From: a virus
Lineage: Duplodnaviria > Caudoviricetes
DNA length: 64,000 bases
Virus record (IMG/VR): IMGVR_UViG_3300025121_000013
Direction: 5' to 3' (one strand)
Below the pieces are notes generated by a model that did no database searches, was not told the DNA's origin, and saw nothing but the letters and a program-made list of their open reading frames with translations. Each line of letters begins with the position of its first letter. Positions within the stretch are counted from its first letter, which is position 1. This document shows, piece by piece, positions 38,184-47,903 of the stretch. The translations under genes were made by a program, and so were the position numbers.

Positions 38184-38517
38184 CTTTTATTTCAGATGTT
38201 TGCCCCATTTGAGATTTCCATTTTTTAACATCTTGATATTTAATATCTGTTTTATAATTAATGCTTTTCCAAAAATCTAAAAAGAGCTTCATGTCAACTC
38301 TAAATCTACAGATTATACAATGTTCAATATTAATATCTACTACAAGAAATTCGTTTAATAATTCTCCTTCAACGAAAACAGATATATTATCCGTATGATC
38401 AAAAACTGAATGTTCCTTAGCTAAATCAAAACTTAAATAACATTTATAAGTTGCGCTTTCTAGTTGTCTAAATTCAATTTGAAGTACTCTATCAAATTTT
38501 TTCTCTTCTAATACCAT
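38170..38517 (-). CDS. Hypothetical protein
   Basis: 115-aa ORF. Confidence 0.6.
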   Translation of the reverse strand: MVLEEKKFDRVLQIEFRQLESATYKCYLSFDLAKEHSVFDHTDNISVFVEGELLNEFLVVDINIEHCIICRFRVDMKLFLDFWKSINYKTDIKYQDVKKWKSQMGQTSEIKDGDE

Positions 38518-38528
38518 AAAAATTTCTT

Positions 38529-38741
38529 CTATATCTTTTGTTCCAAATATCTTTTGATAACAAGTTCTTTTGAAATATCTTTATTATCAAAAAATATAAC
38601 AAATTTGTGTGATAATTTTTTTAAATAGTTTTCTCTAATTTCATTAACCTTTACATCTTTAGAAACTTCAAGTTTGACAATATCATCGACCTTTTTTAGT
38701 TCAGGAATTTGTTTTTTCACTCCTCTTTTTATAAATTTCAT
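38529..38741 (-). CDS. Hypothetical protein
   Basis: 70-aa ORF. Confidence 0.5.
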   Translation of the reverse strand: MKFIKRGVKKQIPELKKVDDIVKLEVSKDVKVNEIRENYLKKLSHKFVIFFDNKDISKELVIKRYLEQKI

Positions 38742-38789
38742 TAGATTATATTTTTCATGATTCTAGTTTTATATATCTTTTTATTCATG

Positions 38790-39089
38790 TTACTTTGTTC
38801 CTTCATATTTTTTCTTCAGTCTTTCATATTCTTCTTTTTCTCTATGTTCATTAATTATTATATATTTTTTTTCTCTTTCAATTCTCTCTTCAAATTCTTC
38901 ATCAGTTTCTAAACTTTTATAGCATAAATATAATGTTTCACCCATTCCATATTCTCCATGATCAACTTCAAAATAAGCTTCTTCTCCATACATATCTCGC
39001 CATTCTTCTATAGTTTTTATTGCCTCCCCTAAAGAATTATATAAAATATCAGATGCAGGAATCTTTTTATCAACCATTTTTCTTTCCAT
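38790..39089 (-). CDS. ETDEEF-motif coiled-coil family protein (copy A)
   Basis: YKSLETDEEFEERI..EKEEYERLKKKYE; paralogs at 59598, 60741, 61069. Confidence 0.75.
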   Translation of the reverse strand: MERKMVDKKIPASDILYNSLGEAIKTIEEWRDMYGEEAYFEVDHGEYGMGETLYLCYKSLETDEEFEERIEREKKYIIINEHREKEEYERLKKKYEGTK

Positions 39090-39092
39090 GTT

Positions 39093-40067
39093 TTATTCTC
39101 CTTGAAAAGAGTGAAAGAATTTCCATCTATTATTAAAATCTATATAAACGTCCAAACAATTTTTCTTGCAAATTGGGTCTAAAACTGTCCTATGATTTTC
39201 AAACCAATTTTTTCTTTCTTCTCTCATATTTTCTCCAACCTTCCCAATGGGCTTTCCTTGTTCTCTAAGATAAATAATGCAGGGATAATGTTGTCCATTT
39301 AATACCGCCATATCATCCAAAACTAAAGGACAACGATAATAATCTCCGCTCGTTATCCCTCTAACCCTTCGACCATTTTTAAAATTATTATATCTATATT
39401 TTAAAATAGGATGTTTATTTAAAATAATATCATCAATAAATAAATCTTCAAATAAAGAATTATTTTGTGATGCGGTTATAATCCTTATATCAGAAACATT
39501 CATTGATGAAGAAAATTTAATTATCTCGTTAATTTCATTCATATTATCATTTGTTAAAACCACTCCAATTGTAACATAAGTCTTTTTAGACAATTCTTTG
39601 ATATTCGAAATAACCTTCTCCCAAGACCCTTGAATATTTCCTGAAATTTTATCTCCATTTGTTGAACAACAGGAATCTAATGAAATTGAAAAATCATTGA
39701 TTCCACAGTCTATTAAATGAAGATAAAAGTCAAGATCATTAGAACCATTAGTGGATAAAGCAATTCTCTTAATTCCTTTGGTTTTTGAATATTTTATCAA
39801 TTCAGGAAGATTTACCCATAGGGTGGGTTCTCCGCCAGAAAACCTGACATTTCTCAATCCCTGCCCTGTCCAAAGATCTATAATTTTAATTGCATCTTGA
39901 AGAGAAATATCACCTTGATCTTCTTTTCTTATTCCACGACAATAAGTACAATTGAAATTACATCGATCCGTTAAAATCAATTCACATCTCCATAAAGGAG
40001 TTTTTTCATTTGAGGTTTTTGCTCTTTCATCTTCAAGAGTGTAAAACCCTATATCTTCCAAGATCAT
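39093..40067 (-). CDS. Radical SAM protein (MoaA-like)
   Basis: CNFNCTYC, RFSGGEPT, STNG, ISLDS; C-terminal CP..YPC..CKKNC. Confidence 0.9.
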   Translation of the reverse strand: MILEDIGFYTLEDERAKTSNEKTPLWRCELILTDRCNFNCTYCRGIRKEDQGDISLQDAIKIIDLWTGQGLRNVRFSGGEPTLWVNLPELIKYSKTKGIKRIALSTNGSNDLDFYLHLIDCGINDFSISLDSCCSTNGDKISGNIQGSWEKVISNIKELSKKTYVTIGVVLTNDNMNEINEIIKFSSSMNVSDIRIITASQNNSLFEDLFIDDIILNKHPILKYRYNNFKNGRRVRGITSGDYYRCPLVLDDMAVLNGQHYPCIIYLREQGKPIGKVGENMREERKNWFENHRTVLDPICKKNCLDVYIDFNNRWKFFHSFQGE

Positions 40068-40080
40068 ATGAATAGCCTTT

Positions 40081-40602
40081 CTAGCTTTCAGTCCACATGT
40101 CTTTTTCTAAAAAATTATATGTCAAATTGATTTTTAATTCACCATCTCTTTCTTTTTCAGAATCTATATTTTCTATATCATTAAGAACTTTATCTCTGAT
40201 ATTTTCAACCTCAAATTTATTTATGATGATAGAAAGGCACCTAATTAATCTATCTAAAATTAAAGGAATTTCAGTTTTAGATTTTTCATAATCCAAAATT
40301 TGATTATTTGTGATTCCAATATAGGTTGACAAAAGTGTTGTAGAAAAATTTATATTTTTTCTAAGAAATCTTAATTCATTCCCAGTTAGTGACCAATATT
40401 TTTTAATTAAAAGTTCAGAAATCTTTTTATGTAATTCAGTAATATAACCTATACTTACATATTTTTCAGTACAATATTTGCATTTAGCAACAAAAACATT
40501 ATTTAAATATATTTTATTTAACCCAGATTCAAGATAACAATGCTTATCTTGTTTGTATTCTAATGTGCTACCACAACTTTCACAGATTTTATATTTATTC
40601 AT
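40081..40602 (-). CDS. MqsA-like antitoxin / Zn-ribbon + XRE HTH regulator
   Basis: CESCG..L.NVFVAKCKYC; LTGNELRFLRK HTH; no adjacent toxin. Confidence 0.75.
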   Translation of the reverse strand: MNKYKICESCGSTLEYKQDKHCYLESGLNKIYLNNVFVAKCKYCTEKYVSIGYITELHKKISELLIKKYWSLTGNELRFLRKNINFSTTLLSTYIGITNNQILDYEKSKTEIPLILDRLIRCLSIIINKFEVENIRDKVLNDIENIDSEKERDGELKINLTYNFLEKDMWTES

Positions 40603-40652
40603 TATCTCCTCTTTTTTCTACAATCTTTTTAGAATGTTAAAAATTTCATAAA

Positions 40653-40991
40653 TCAAAATTTAAACGTAATATATTTTTTAGATTTATTGAAAAATTTAGG
40701 AAACCAATGCCAAAATAAAGATAATGATAAAATAAATGAAAATGTCAATATCCAAAAATCATTCAAAAAAGCCGATATAATAAATGCTGAGATAGAACTT
40801 AACATCCAAAATAAAAGTAATGTTTTATTAATTTTTATTTCTTTCTTTTCTATGGGATATTTTTTAAGCGCATTAATGCTTTCATGAAGGTCACGGTCTT
40901 TAACTAATAATTTTCTTTCATATAAAATTAATTTTTCGGAGTAATCTTTATATTTTTCCTCATTTATATACCATACATTATCAATTTTCAT
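40653..40991 (-). CDS. Membrane protein
   Basis: Two C-terminal hydrophobic helices. Confidence 0.65.
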   Translation of the reverse strand: MKIDNVWYINEEKYKDYSEKLILYERKLLVKDRDLHESINALKKYPIEKKEIKINKTLLLFWMLSSISAFIISAFLNDFWILTFSFILSLSLFWHWFPKFFNKSKKYITFKF

Positions 40992-41066
40992 ATTAATCTT
41001 TTATGTACCTTCTGAATTCTTCTTTTAATTCTTCAGAAGTCATGTGTCTAAAATATATAAGTCTTA
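40949..41066. repeat. 118-bp direct repeat, copy 1
   Basis: Matches 41518-41635 with 5 mismatches. Confidence 0.9.
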
Positions 41067-41090
41067 AACCATATTTTACTTTTTTATTTT

Positions 41091-41501
41091 TCACTTCTCA
41101 CTCTCAATATTATGAGTATAGTAGATTTCTGGATTTTTGTTAGATTGAATGATATTTTCCAAAAATTCTATTTTCTTTTTTAAATCTTTAATTATTTCAT
41201 CTCTATGAAGAATTTCTTTTTCCCATTCAATCCATTGAAAAATAAATTTCATGGCTTCCGCCGGAATGTACACAGAACAATTTCCTAAGTGTTTGTCTCC
41301 AGATCTATCAATTATTAAACCAAGACCGTGAATGATATTTTCTTTATCATCTTCAAGAGTCGAAAGATGATACTCAATAGTAGGAAATTCTTTAATTTCT
41401 CCTTTGAAAATAACCATGAAATCTTCACTAAGAGGAATTTTCTTTAGAGAGACTTCTTTCTGAAAATAGTTCATATCACTATCCACCGCGTATGTTTTCA
41501 T
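41091..41501 (-). CDS. Hypothetical protein flanked by 118-bp direct repeats
   Basis: 136-aa ORF, AAGGAGAG RBS. Confidence 0.7.
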   Translation of the reverse strand: MKTYAVDSDMNYFQKEVSLKKIPLSEDFMVIFKGEIKEFPTIEYHLSTLEDDKENIIHGLGLIIDRSGDKHLGNCSVYIPAEAMKFIFQWIEWEKEILHRDEIIKDLKKKIEFLENIIQSNKNPEIYYTHNIESEK

Positions 41502-41517
41502 AACTCTCTCCTTATCA

Positions 41518-41635
41518 TATATTTTTCCTCATTTATATACCATACATTATCAATTTTCATATTAATCTTTTATATACCTTCTGAATTCTGCTTTTAATTC
41601 TTCTCGAGTCATGTGTCTAAAATATATAAGTCTTA
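41518..41635. repeat. 118-bp direct repeat, copy 2
   Basis: Matches 40949-41066. Confidence 0.9.
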
Positions 41636-41948
41636 GATTCAAAAATATTAATTCCTTATGGTCTACGCCAATTTTAAAAACTATTTGATTATATTTCATA
41701 TTTATCTTTTCAAATTCTAAATGTTTTAAAACTCCTTCTTTATACTCATCAAATTTTCTTGAATTTCTTCCAAAAGATTTTTTATGTCCTTCAAAATGTC
41801 CAGGATTAGTTTCTTCTAAATAAAGCCAAACAATTTCTTTCCATTCTTCTATAATTTTTTTAATACATTTTTCTTTTTTGTTAACCAATCTTTCAATAGA
41901 TTTTTCAATTGAAATTAATTTTAAAGTATCTTTAAAATTATCACTCAT
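41562..41948 (-). CDS. Hypothetical protein
   Basis: 128-aa ORF. Confidence 0.65.
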   Translation of the reverse strand: MSDNFKDTLKLISIEKSIERLVNKKEKCIKKIIEEWKEIVWLYLEETNPGHFEGHKKSFGRNSRKFDEYKEGVLKHLEFEKINMKYNQIVFKIGVDHKELIFLNLRLIYFRHMTREELKAEFRRYIKD

Positions 41949-42166
41949 CGAATAACAAATCTTTTATAATTAGTAATTTTTTCAATTTTTCTCTTTACTA
42001 ATTGAAAAATTTCTTTTATAAGTTCAAAATCCCGAAACATAATATCCGTAATAATGAGAACTAAAAGAATAGTGATAAAAGAAATAGAAATTCCAAGAAT
42101 TATCTTTAACATTACTTCTAACATCGCATAGCCTAAGGTGATCATCTCGTTCTCCTTTTTCGGCAA
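41945..42166 (-). CDS. Small single-TM protein (family of three)
   Basis: Hydrophobic helix then basic tail ..YKRFVIR. Confidence 0.6.
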   Translation of the reverse strand: MPKKENEMITLGYAMLEVMLKIILGISISFITILLVLIITDIMFRDFELIKEIFQLVKRKIEKITNYKRFVIR

Positions 42167-42182
42167 ACTATGAAACGTAGAT

Positions 42183-42626
42183 TTAGAATTTAGTTAACCC
42201 CAAAATATATTCATTTCTCAATTTCATTAATAATTGTCCTAAATGGTTTTGTCCTTTTCCATTGCAAACGCCCCAATATGTATCATGCCACCAATTTCCT
42301 TCAATTAATTCATAACCATTTGTTTCTATTAACTTTTTCTTTAGTTCTAAGTTTTGATTAAATTTCATTCTCAATGCTTTTTCCATAATAAATATTTTTA
42401 CTTTATCCCAGTCGTTTCTCATAACAACTTTTCTTCCTAATTTTTTAGCAATTCCCGGAGATGGTGAATTTCTTATTTTTTCTTGATCATTCAAATCTAA
42501 AGTTTTTTGAGCTTGATAATAATGTTCTACGGTTTTATATTTTATGCCATCATTATCTATAATTTCTGAATCATAAAAATTTGATAAAAATCCATAGTCT
42601 CCTATAAAATTGCTTATCTGCTCCAT
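42183..42626 (-). CDS. NADAR (YbiA-like) family hydrolase
   Basis: FLSNFY, TVEHYYQAQK, AKKLGRKV, KF.QN, EGNWWHDTYWG, N.LG.LLM. Confidence 0.92.
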   Translation of the reverse strand: MEQISNFIGDYGFLSNFYDSEIIDNDGIKYKTVEHYYQAQKTLDLNDQEKIRNSPSPGIAKKLGRKVVMRNDWDKVKIFIMEKALRMKFNQNLELKKKLIETNGYELIEGNWWHDTYWGVCNGKGQNHLGQLLMKLRNEYILGLTKF

Positions 42627-42684
42627 ATTTTTCTCCTAAGTTTGAAAGAACTCCTGTCTTAAAAAAAATACAAATATGTATAAA

Positions 42685-42867
42685 CTATTTTATAACTATT
42701 TTTCTATGTTTTAAAATTTTCTTTTTTAATGAATTGAAAATACCTTTTATCAATTCTGAATCATTAGAAATGACATCTGAAATTACAGTCCCAACTATTA
42801 CAAAAATAATAGAAAAAGAAAGTAAAATTGATACATGAATAATTATATTTTCAATCATCTTTTTCAC
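42685..42867 (-). CDS. Small single-TM protein (family of three)
   Basis: VISD....ELIK.IF similarity to 41945. Confidence 0.6.
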   Translation of the reverse strand: MKKMIENIIIHVSILLSFSIIFVIVGTVISDVISNDSELIKGIFNSLKKKILKHRKIVIK

Positions 42868-43252
42868 TCCTCGTATCTTTTATGATCATATTAAATTCTG
42901 TCTTTTTTTGATCATTATCCCAATAAATTATCACATTTAAAGAACACATATTTTTTGTTGGATTGTTAGATTTAATTTTAACGACTTCTTTAAATTCTTC
43001 ATATTGATATATTTCATTATAATCTCTGGTATATGAGATATCTGTTTCAGGAAAATTTTCTTCAAGAAATATATGTGTGATTTCACTCTCTATGGTGTTT
43101 TCTGCTAATTTTGTTGATTTTGTAATATTCTTGGAAAGATCATTTGTTTTAATTATTGTATAGACTAAAGTTATTACTCCCAAAAGTCCAACTGCTAATA
43201 AAAATATAGATATTAAAATCTCAAGAAGGGTGAAACCATTTGTCTTTTTCAT
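42851..43252 (-). CDS. Type IV pilin-like protein (PilV-like)
   Basis: Class III signal KKTNG|FTLLEILISIFLLAVGLLGV with E at +5. Confidence 0.85.
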   Translation of the reverse strand: MKKTNGFTLLEILISIFLLAVGLLGVITLVYTIIKTNDLSKNITKSTKLAENTIESEITHIFLEENFPETDISYTRDYNEIYQYEEFKEVVKIKSNNPTKNMCSLNVIIYWDNDQKKTEFNMIIKDTRSEKDD

Positions 43253-43256
43253 TTTA

Positions 43257-43445
43257 TTATAGCTTAACTGTAAATTTTTTATAATTACAAATTCTTAACA
43301 TATTTGTTTTTATTTTAATTATCATACATTTTGTTCTAATTATAATATATTTTTTTATTTCAGGAAACTCAATTAATAAAAATAGTGATACGACAATAAT
43401 TAAAAACGCTATCGGAAATAAATCATTTTCTAAAAAATTCATCAT
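43257..43445 (-). CDS. Small single-TM protein (family of three)
   Basis: TM helix; tail NYKKFTVKL resembles 41945. Confidence 0.55.
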   Translation of the reverse strand: MMNFLENDLFPIAFLIIVVSLFLLIEFPEIKKYIIIRTKCMIIKIKTNMLRICNYKKFTVKL

Positions 43446-43446
43446 T

Positions 43447-43692
43447 TTAATTAATTGTTTTATTAACTTCGTTAAAAATTATAGTTTCTACTTTTTCATC
43501 ATTGATCAATTCATTATTAAAATATTCATCACTTCTGGATTTCAAAATCTTTCCGCCATTCATATGAATATATAAAACTAAATCAGCATATTTAGAACAA
43601 TCAAAAATTATAGAATTAAAATGTTCTAACCCAATTGCATCATGAGCCGAGAGATTTGCTTTTAAATCTGAAGGCGTTAAAATAATTATCAT
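43447..43692 (-). CDS. Hypothetical protein
   Basis: 81-aa ORF. Confidence 0.55.
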   Translation of the reverse strand: MIIILTPSDLKANLSAHDAIGLEHFNSIIFDCSKYADLVLYIHMNGGKILKSRSDEYFNNELINDEKVETIIFNEVNKTIN

Positions 43693-44297
43693 GATATAAG
43701 CTCATTTCTTTTAGCTATCATCCGCAAATAAATATCACGACCATCCAATGAAAAATCAGATCTTACTTCAATATCCCTAAAATATTTTTCAAGATCAAAA
43801 TAATAAATAAGACGATCTTCAGTCCAAATACTTGCATGAGGGTCTTCCGGGGTATTTAACATTTCAGTTGTCAAAATGATATTATGTAATTCCCATCCTG
43901 CTGTTCCTGGCGACTCATTTAAAATCATTCCTGATAATTTTTCATAGTCAGGAACAATGACATCAATAATTCCATTTGGTTTAAGAAGTTGTGACATGAC
44001 ATAAATAAAATAAGGAACCGCCGTAAATTCAACATGTTCCAAAAATCGATAAATACATATTTTATCAAATAAAAGAGTTGGATTTTCAATATAAAAATTA
44101 TCCCAGTGATACTTAAAAAAGTATTTTTGATTTCCAATTTTTGAATTCAATATTTTTTCTAAACTTTCAGGGTATAAAGGAGGGGTTGAATATATTGGGT
44201 CAATATTTACAACAATATCATTTTCAGAATCAAATGGCATTAATTTTCCACTTGCGACATTCAGAATAGTTTTTGGCATACGGGATTGCTCAGTCAT
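43689..44297 (-). CDS. SAM-dependent methyltransferase-like protein
   Basis: ILNVASG, FLEHV, LLKPNG...VIVPD. Confidence 0.7.
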   Translation of the reverse strand: MTEQSRMPKTILNVASGKLMPFDSENDIVVNIDPIYSTPPLYPESLEKILNSKIGNQKYFFKYHWDNFYIENPTLLFDKICIYRFLEHVEFTAVPYFIYVMSQLLKPNGIIDVIVPDYEKLSGMILNESPGTAGWELHNIILTTEMLNTPEDPHASIWTEDRLIYYFDLEKYFRDIEVRSDFSLDGRDIYLRMIAKRNELIS

Positions 44298-44550
44298 AGA
44301 CTTTTCCTTTCGAATCCTCTAAGCATATTACTTTTGGTTTAGGTTGAGAATATTCTTTTCTTGGTTTGATCATATTTATTAAATATTCTATTTCTTTTCC
44401 TACTAAAGATAATTTAACATTTTCAGAATGTAAAATATTTGAAGATTCTGTTTTATCTCCATTTAAAAAATATGAGCCTGCCTCCTGAATCCTCTTTAAT
44501 GAATCGTTCACATTTTCAAGAATATGTTGAAATCTTTCTATTTCGTTCAT
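44290..44550 (-). CDS. Hypothetical protein
   Basis: 86-aa ORF, ATGA-coupled. Confidence 0.55.
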   Translation of the reverse strand: MNEIERFQHILENVNDSLKRIQEAGSYFLNGDKTESSNILHSENVKLSLVGKEIEYLINMIKPRKEYSQPKPKVICLEDSKGKVYD

Positions 44551-45725
44551 ATAATTATATTTGGAATAAAATCAACTGAGATAAATCCTTCAGACATTGA
44601 AGGCAATTCTTGATGCATAGCAAATTTCATTATAACATCCTTTCCAACTATATGATCTTTTCTATTAAAATCTAAATCAATTGCCTGATTTAAGGGAGAT
44701 AAAATATATACACAAGAAATTTTTATATTTCTTTTTATTTTATTTTGAATGAGTTTAATAATTTTTGATCTTGTTTTAAAAGTGGTATAAGTATTTGAAA
44801 TTATAATTGGAAATTCATTCTTATTAACTCTCTCAATAATTTTTTCTCCTATTAGATTTAAAGCAATTTCATCAGTACATGTTTTATACGCTTCGCTATA
44901 AATTTCTAAATCGTTCATATGATTTTTTATTTTTGGGTGTTTGCTAATAAAATATTCAACCCTACATTTATCATATGTTAAAACTTCAAAATTAGATCCA
45001 AACATTTCTGAATAACCATTTCCATAAAAGTCTTTTCCTACCCCTGGAATTCCGCAAAATAAAATCACTTCTCCATAATTATCTTGTTCTTTTTCCTTAA
45101 AATGAATAATACTATTTCTCAATCTTTCAGCCGTCTCCAATTTGCTTATTCTTGAATATAGATCAATGCTAATTTGTCCTTGAATATCAGCATTCCTTAA
45201 TCTCAAAAGAACATCAGCGAGATCTTTATTTTGATTTAAAAATGATATGAATTGTTCAGGTAAATAAAGTTCATCGAGACTATTATGTGCTGAAACACAA
45301 TAAACCACAATTTCTAAAATATCTTTAAAATATTTTCTATTTAAAAAAAGTTCAGAACATGAATCTTTAATTTCAGCTTTATAAAATAAATCAAAACAAA
45401 CATCTATTGCAAATTGAACTCCGGCATATTCATGCCCTCCAAAATTGATTCTCCCTGGTTTATGAGATTCTCTTGTAAATTGTCTTCCAGCGTCATGACA
45501 TAATGCAGAGATTAAACACGCTATGACTTTATATTCTTCATTTTCGGTAAAATCATGAATTTTAATGGATTCATAAACCATCATTGTATGAGACCAGCAA
45601 TCATCCTCTAAATGATAAGGAGATAAATTTTCTGAAGAATAAGAATGTAAACAACTTCTCATTCTATGAGGAAAGGTTGGAAATCTTTTAAGAAAGATAC
45701 TAAGAAACTTTCCTTTATCTAGCAT
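44547..45725 (-). CDS. HD-domain phosphohydrolase fused to P-loop (polynucleotide) kinase
   Basis: YHLEDDCWSHT, LCHDAGR, ADIQG; FCGIPGVGKD Walker A. Confidence 0.8.
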   Translation of the reverse strand: MLDKGKFLSIFLKRFPTFPHRMRSCLHSYSSENLSPYHLEDDCWSHTMMVYESIKIHDFTENEEYKVIACLISALCHDAGRQFTRESHKPGRINFGGHEYAGVQFAIDVCFDLFYKAEIKDSCSELFLNRKYFKDILEIVVYCVSAHNSLDELYLPEQFISFLNQNKDLADVLLRLRNADIQGQISIDLYSRISKLETAERLRNSIIHFKEKEQDNYGEVILFCGIPGVGKDFYGNGYSEMFGSNFEVLTYDKCRVEYFISKHPKIKNHMNDLEIYSEAYKTCTDEIALNLIGEKIIERVNKNEFPIIISNTYTTFKTRSKIIKLIQNKIKRNIKISCVYILSPLNQAIDLDFNRKDHIVGKDVIMKFAMHQELPSMSEGFISVDFIPNIII

Positions 45726-45739
45726 ATGATCCCCTTTTT

Positions 45740-46936
45740 CTAAAATCTATTTAAGATATCATTTCTTGTTGGCCCATAACTACAAATAAATCTATCAAAC
45801 CCTAAAGTTACTTTTAGAAAATTAGGAAATAATTCTTTTCTTAATTTTAAAATATCATATAAATCTTTGAAAGGTATATCTTCATCTACCTGATCCATAC
45901 AAGTAATTACAATATTTTTTCGTATTATAAATTTATTTGCATATATTAAATCAAAATTTATTGTGTCATTCATTAAGGGAATATCTAAATATCCGAATCT
46001 CAAACTACCTTGAAAATTATTAGGGATATTAGTTTTATCAATAATTTTAGAATATATTTTTTCTGGTTGTTCTGTCGGAAATGGGCCAGCCCCATGTCTC
46101 GTCATATATGTTCTTGTAATATAATAAATATCTAACTTAGAAATTTCAAAATCATTACAAAGTTCAATTACATTTTTTAATCCGGTATTTGATCTGGTGA
46201 CATGAGGAAACCATTTATGATTTTGATCTAAGAGAAGCCCTTGAGCCCCTTCAAAAATAATATTCTTATTTTTAACAAAATTTAAATCAGAAGGAATTAT
46301 AATTTTTTTAATAAATTCTTGACAATCCAAAATAAAATTTTCAATTATATTTTCATTATATAATCTTTCCTTATATTTATCATCAATATTTTCTATTCCT
46401 AAAATTCGTAATCTATTAAAAAAATATTCTTCTTTTATTAATCTTAATTTATCTTTAAGTTCTTTTGGATTTTTTAATAGATCAGAAACTTCGATTAAAT
46501 ATCTGTTATTATTTAAAGATCTTTCAATTGTTTCATTTATTCCTAGACCACAACTACCATGTTTTTTATCTCCTCGTTTTTCCTCAATTATATGATTTAT
46601 CAATACATCAAATGGGGTTGTGACAATACATTCTTTATCAACAAAAACAATAGGGTTATAATTTTTAAGTAATTCATATTCATCTAAAAATACATAAGGA
46701 TTTACAATAAAATATCTACTTAAAAAAGTTGGAACATTATTAAAAGTTCCTGCACCAAAATGTCCAAAAACATGTCTTTTTCCATTTTCTAATTGTACAG
46801 AATGTGCTGCCTGAGAACCTCCATTAAATCGTATGACTATCCCACTTTCTTTAAATTTATTAGAAAGATAATCTGTAAAAAGTCCTTTGCCTTCATCACC
46901 AAAATTAGAGCCGATAACAACCTTAGCGTCTTTCAT
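45740..46936 (-). CDS. purA: Adenylosuccinate synthetase-like protein (divergent PurA)
   Basis: GSNFGDEGKG, RFNGGSQAAH, IFEGAQGLLLD, TRHGAGPFPTE, SYGP. Confidence 0.88.
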   Translation of the reverse strand: MKDAKVVIGSNFGDEGKGLFTDYLSNKFKESGIVIRFNGGSQAAHSVQLENGKRHVFGHFGAGTFNNVPTFLSRYFIVNPYVFLDEYELLKNYNPIVFVDKECIVTTPFDVLINHIIEEKRGDKKHGSCGLGINETIERSLNNNRYLIEVSDLLKNPKELKDKLRLIKEEYFFNRLRILGIENIDDKYKERLYNENIIENFILDCQEFIKKIIIPSDLNFVKNKNIIFEGAQGLLLDQNHKWFPHVTRSNTGLKNVIELCNDFEISKLDIYYITRTYMTRHGAGPFPTEQPEKIYSKIIDKTNIPNNFQGSLRFGYLDIPLMNDTINFDLIYANKFIIRKNIVITCMDQVDEDIPFKDLYDILKLRKELFPNFLKVTLGFDRFICSYGPTRNDILNRF

Positions 46937-46943
46937 GATGGTT

Positions 46944-46974
46944 GGGGGACATATCCCTTTCGAGATATGCCCCC
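46944..46974 (-). other. GC-rich GNRA-capped intercistronic hairpin without U-tract
   Basis: GGGGGCATATC-TC-GAAA-GG-GATATGTCCCCC on the minus strand. Confidence 0.65.
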
Positions 46975-46981
46975 ATTCCAA

Positions 46982-47902
46982 TTATAAAGAAACTATTTCT
47001 GAGGAATCAATTTTGGATACAACAAGATCATTAATTGATTTACGAACAGAAACGGCTGTACTGCCATCCCAACTTGATAAAATTTCATCCTTATCTTTTC
47101 CACTTCTCAATTGAAGGATCGAAACAATGGTTTCAGAAATTTTGGTATGATCAGGAAGAAGGATCGCATTTTGTCCCAAAATATCACGCCATTTTTTTGT
47201 GACTCTATCACCATAACTCCGAAAATGATTTCCTTGTTCAACCATAATATGATAAACATCATATTGACGTCTAACCATAGTTAACAATTCTTCAGAGTTT
47301 AAATCGGTTTGGGGTCCAGTTCCCATAACCTTTTTAATATCATTTGCACGAAGATAAGGAGTGGGTTCTTCATCACCGATGGTGAAAAGAACTCCTTTTT
47401 GTCCTCGTTTTTCAAAACAATCAATGCTTGTTCTTGTCGCGGCAAAATACCACGCCAATGCATAAGATTCATAATGATTTCCGCCGCCACCATGTTCAAG
47501 AAAAATTTTCTGAAGCTGTTCAGCCAATTTAATATCAGCCTCAAATTGAGTGACTTGAAGGGGAACTTCATCTCCCACTTCAACATCATCAATGCCCATC
47601 AACATTACATGAGGATCTTCAACTGGTTTTCTTGCATAAATTTCTGTTAAGAGAATATTGAGGCCTTCTCTGATCATTGCGTCAGCTAAAATTCCCATTG
47701 ATCCAGACACATCCAAAGCGATGATAATTGCATTTGATTTTGGATTTAAATCTGAGTCTCTTGATTCACGAATAGTGATTTTTGATGGATCAAATTCAGG
47801 ATGTAAACGACTTGATGTGAAAATTGCCGAAGTTGATTTTCCTTTGGTTTTTGTCGAACTATATGCCGACCACGATTTATCATCCCACCGGGAATATCCC
47901 AT
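46982..47902 (-). CDS. von Willebrand factor A domain protein
   Basis: ALDVSGSMG (MIDAS), GGGGNHYESY, TIGDE. Confidence 0.8.
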   Translation of the reverse strand: MGYSRWDDKSWSAYSSTKTKGKSTSAIFTSSRLHPEFDPSKITIRESRDSDLNPKSNAIIIALDVSGSMGILADAMIREGLNILLTEIYARKPVEDPHVMLMGIDDVEVGDEVPLQVTQFEADIKLAEQLQKIFLEHGGGGNHYESYALAWYFAATRTSIDCFEKRGQKGVLFTIGDEEPTPYLRANDIKKVMGTGPQTDLNSEELLTMVRRQYDVYHIMVEQGNHFRSYGDRVTKKWRDILGQNAILLPDHTKISETIVSILQLRSGKDKDEILSSWDGSTAVSVRKSINDLVVSKIDSSEIVSL

Positions 47903-47903
47903 T

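Noticed and set aside
45740-46936. PurZ (2-aminoadenine Z-genome)
   Set aside because: The P-loop reads GDEGKG with the PurA catalytic Asp, not the Ser typical of PurZ, and no dATPase partner is evident in the window.
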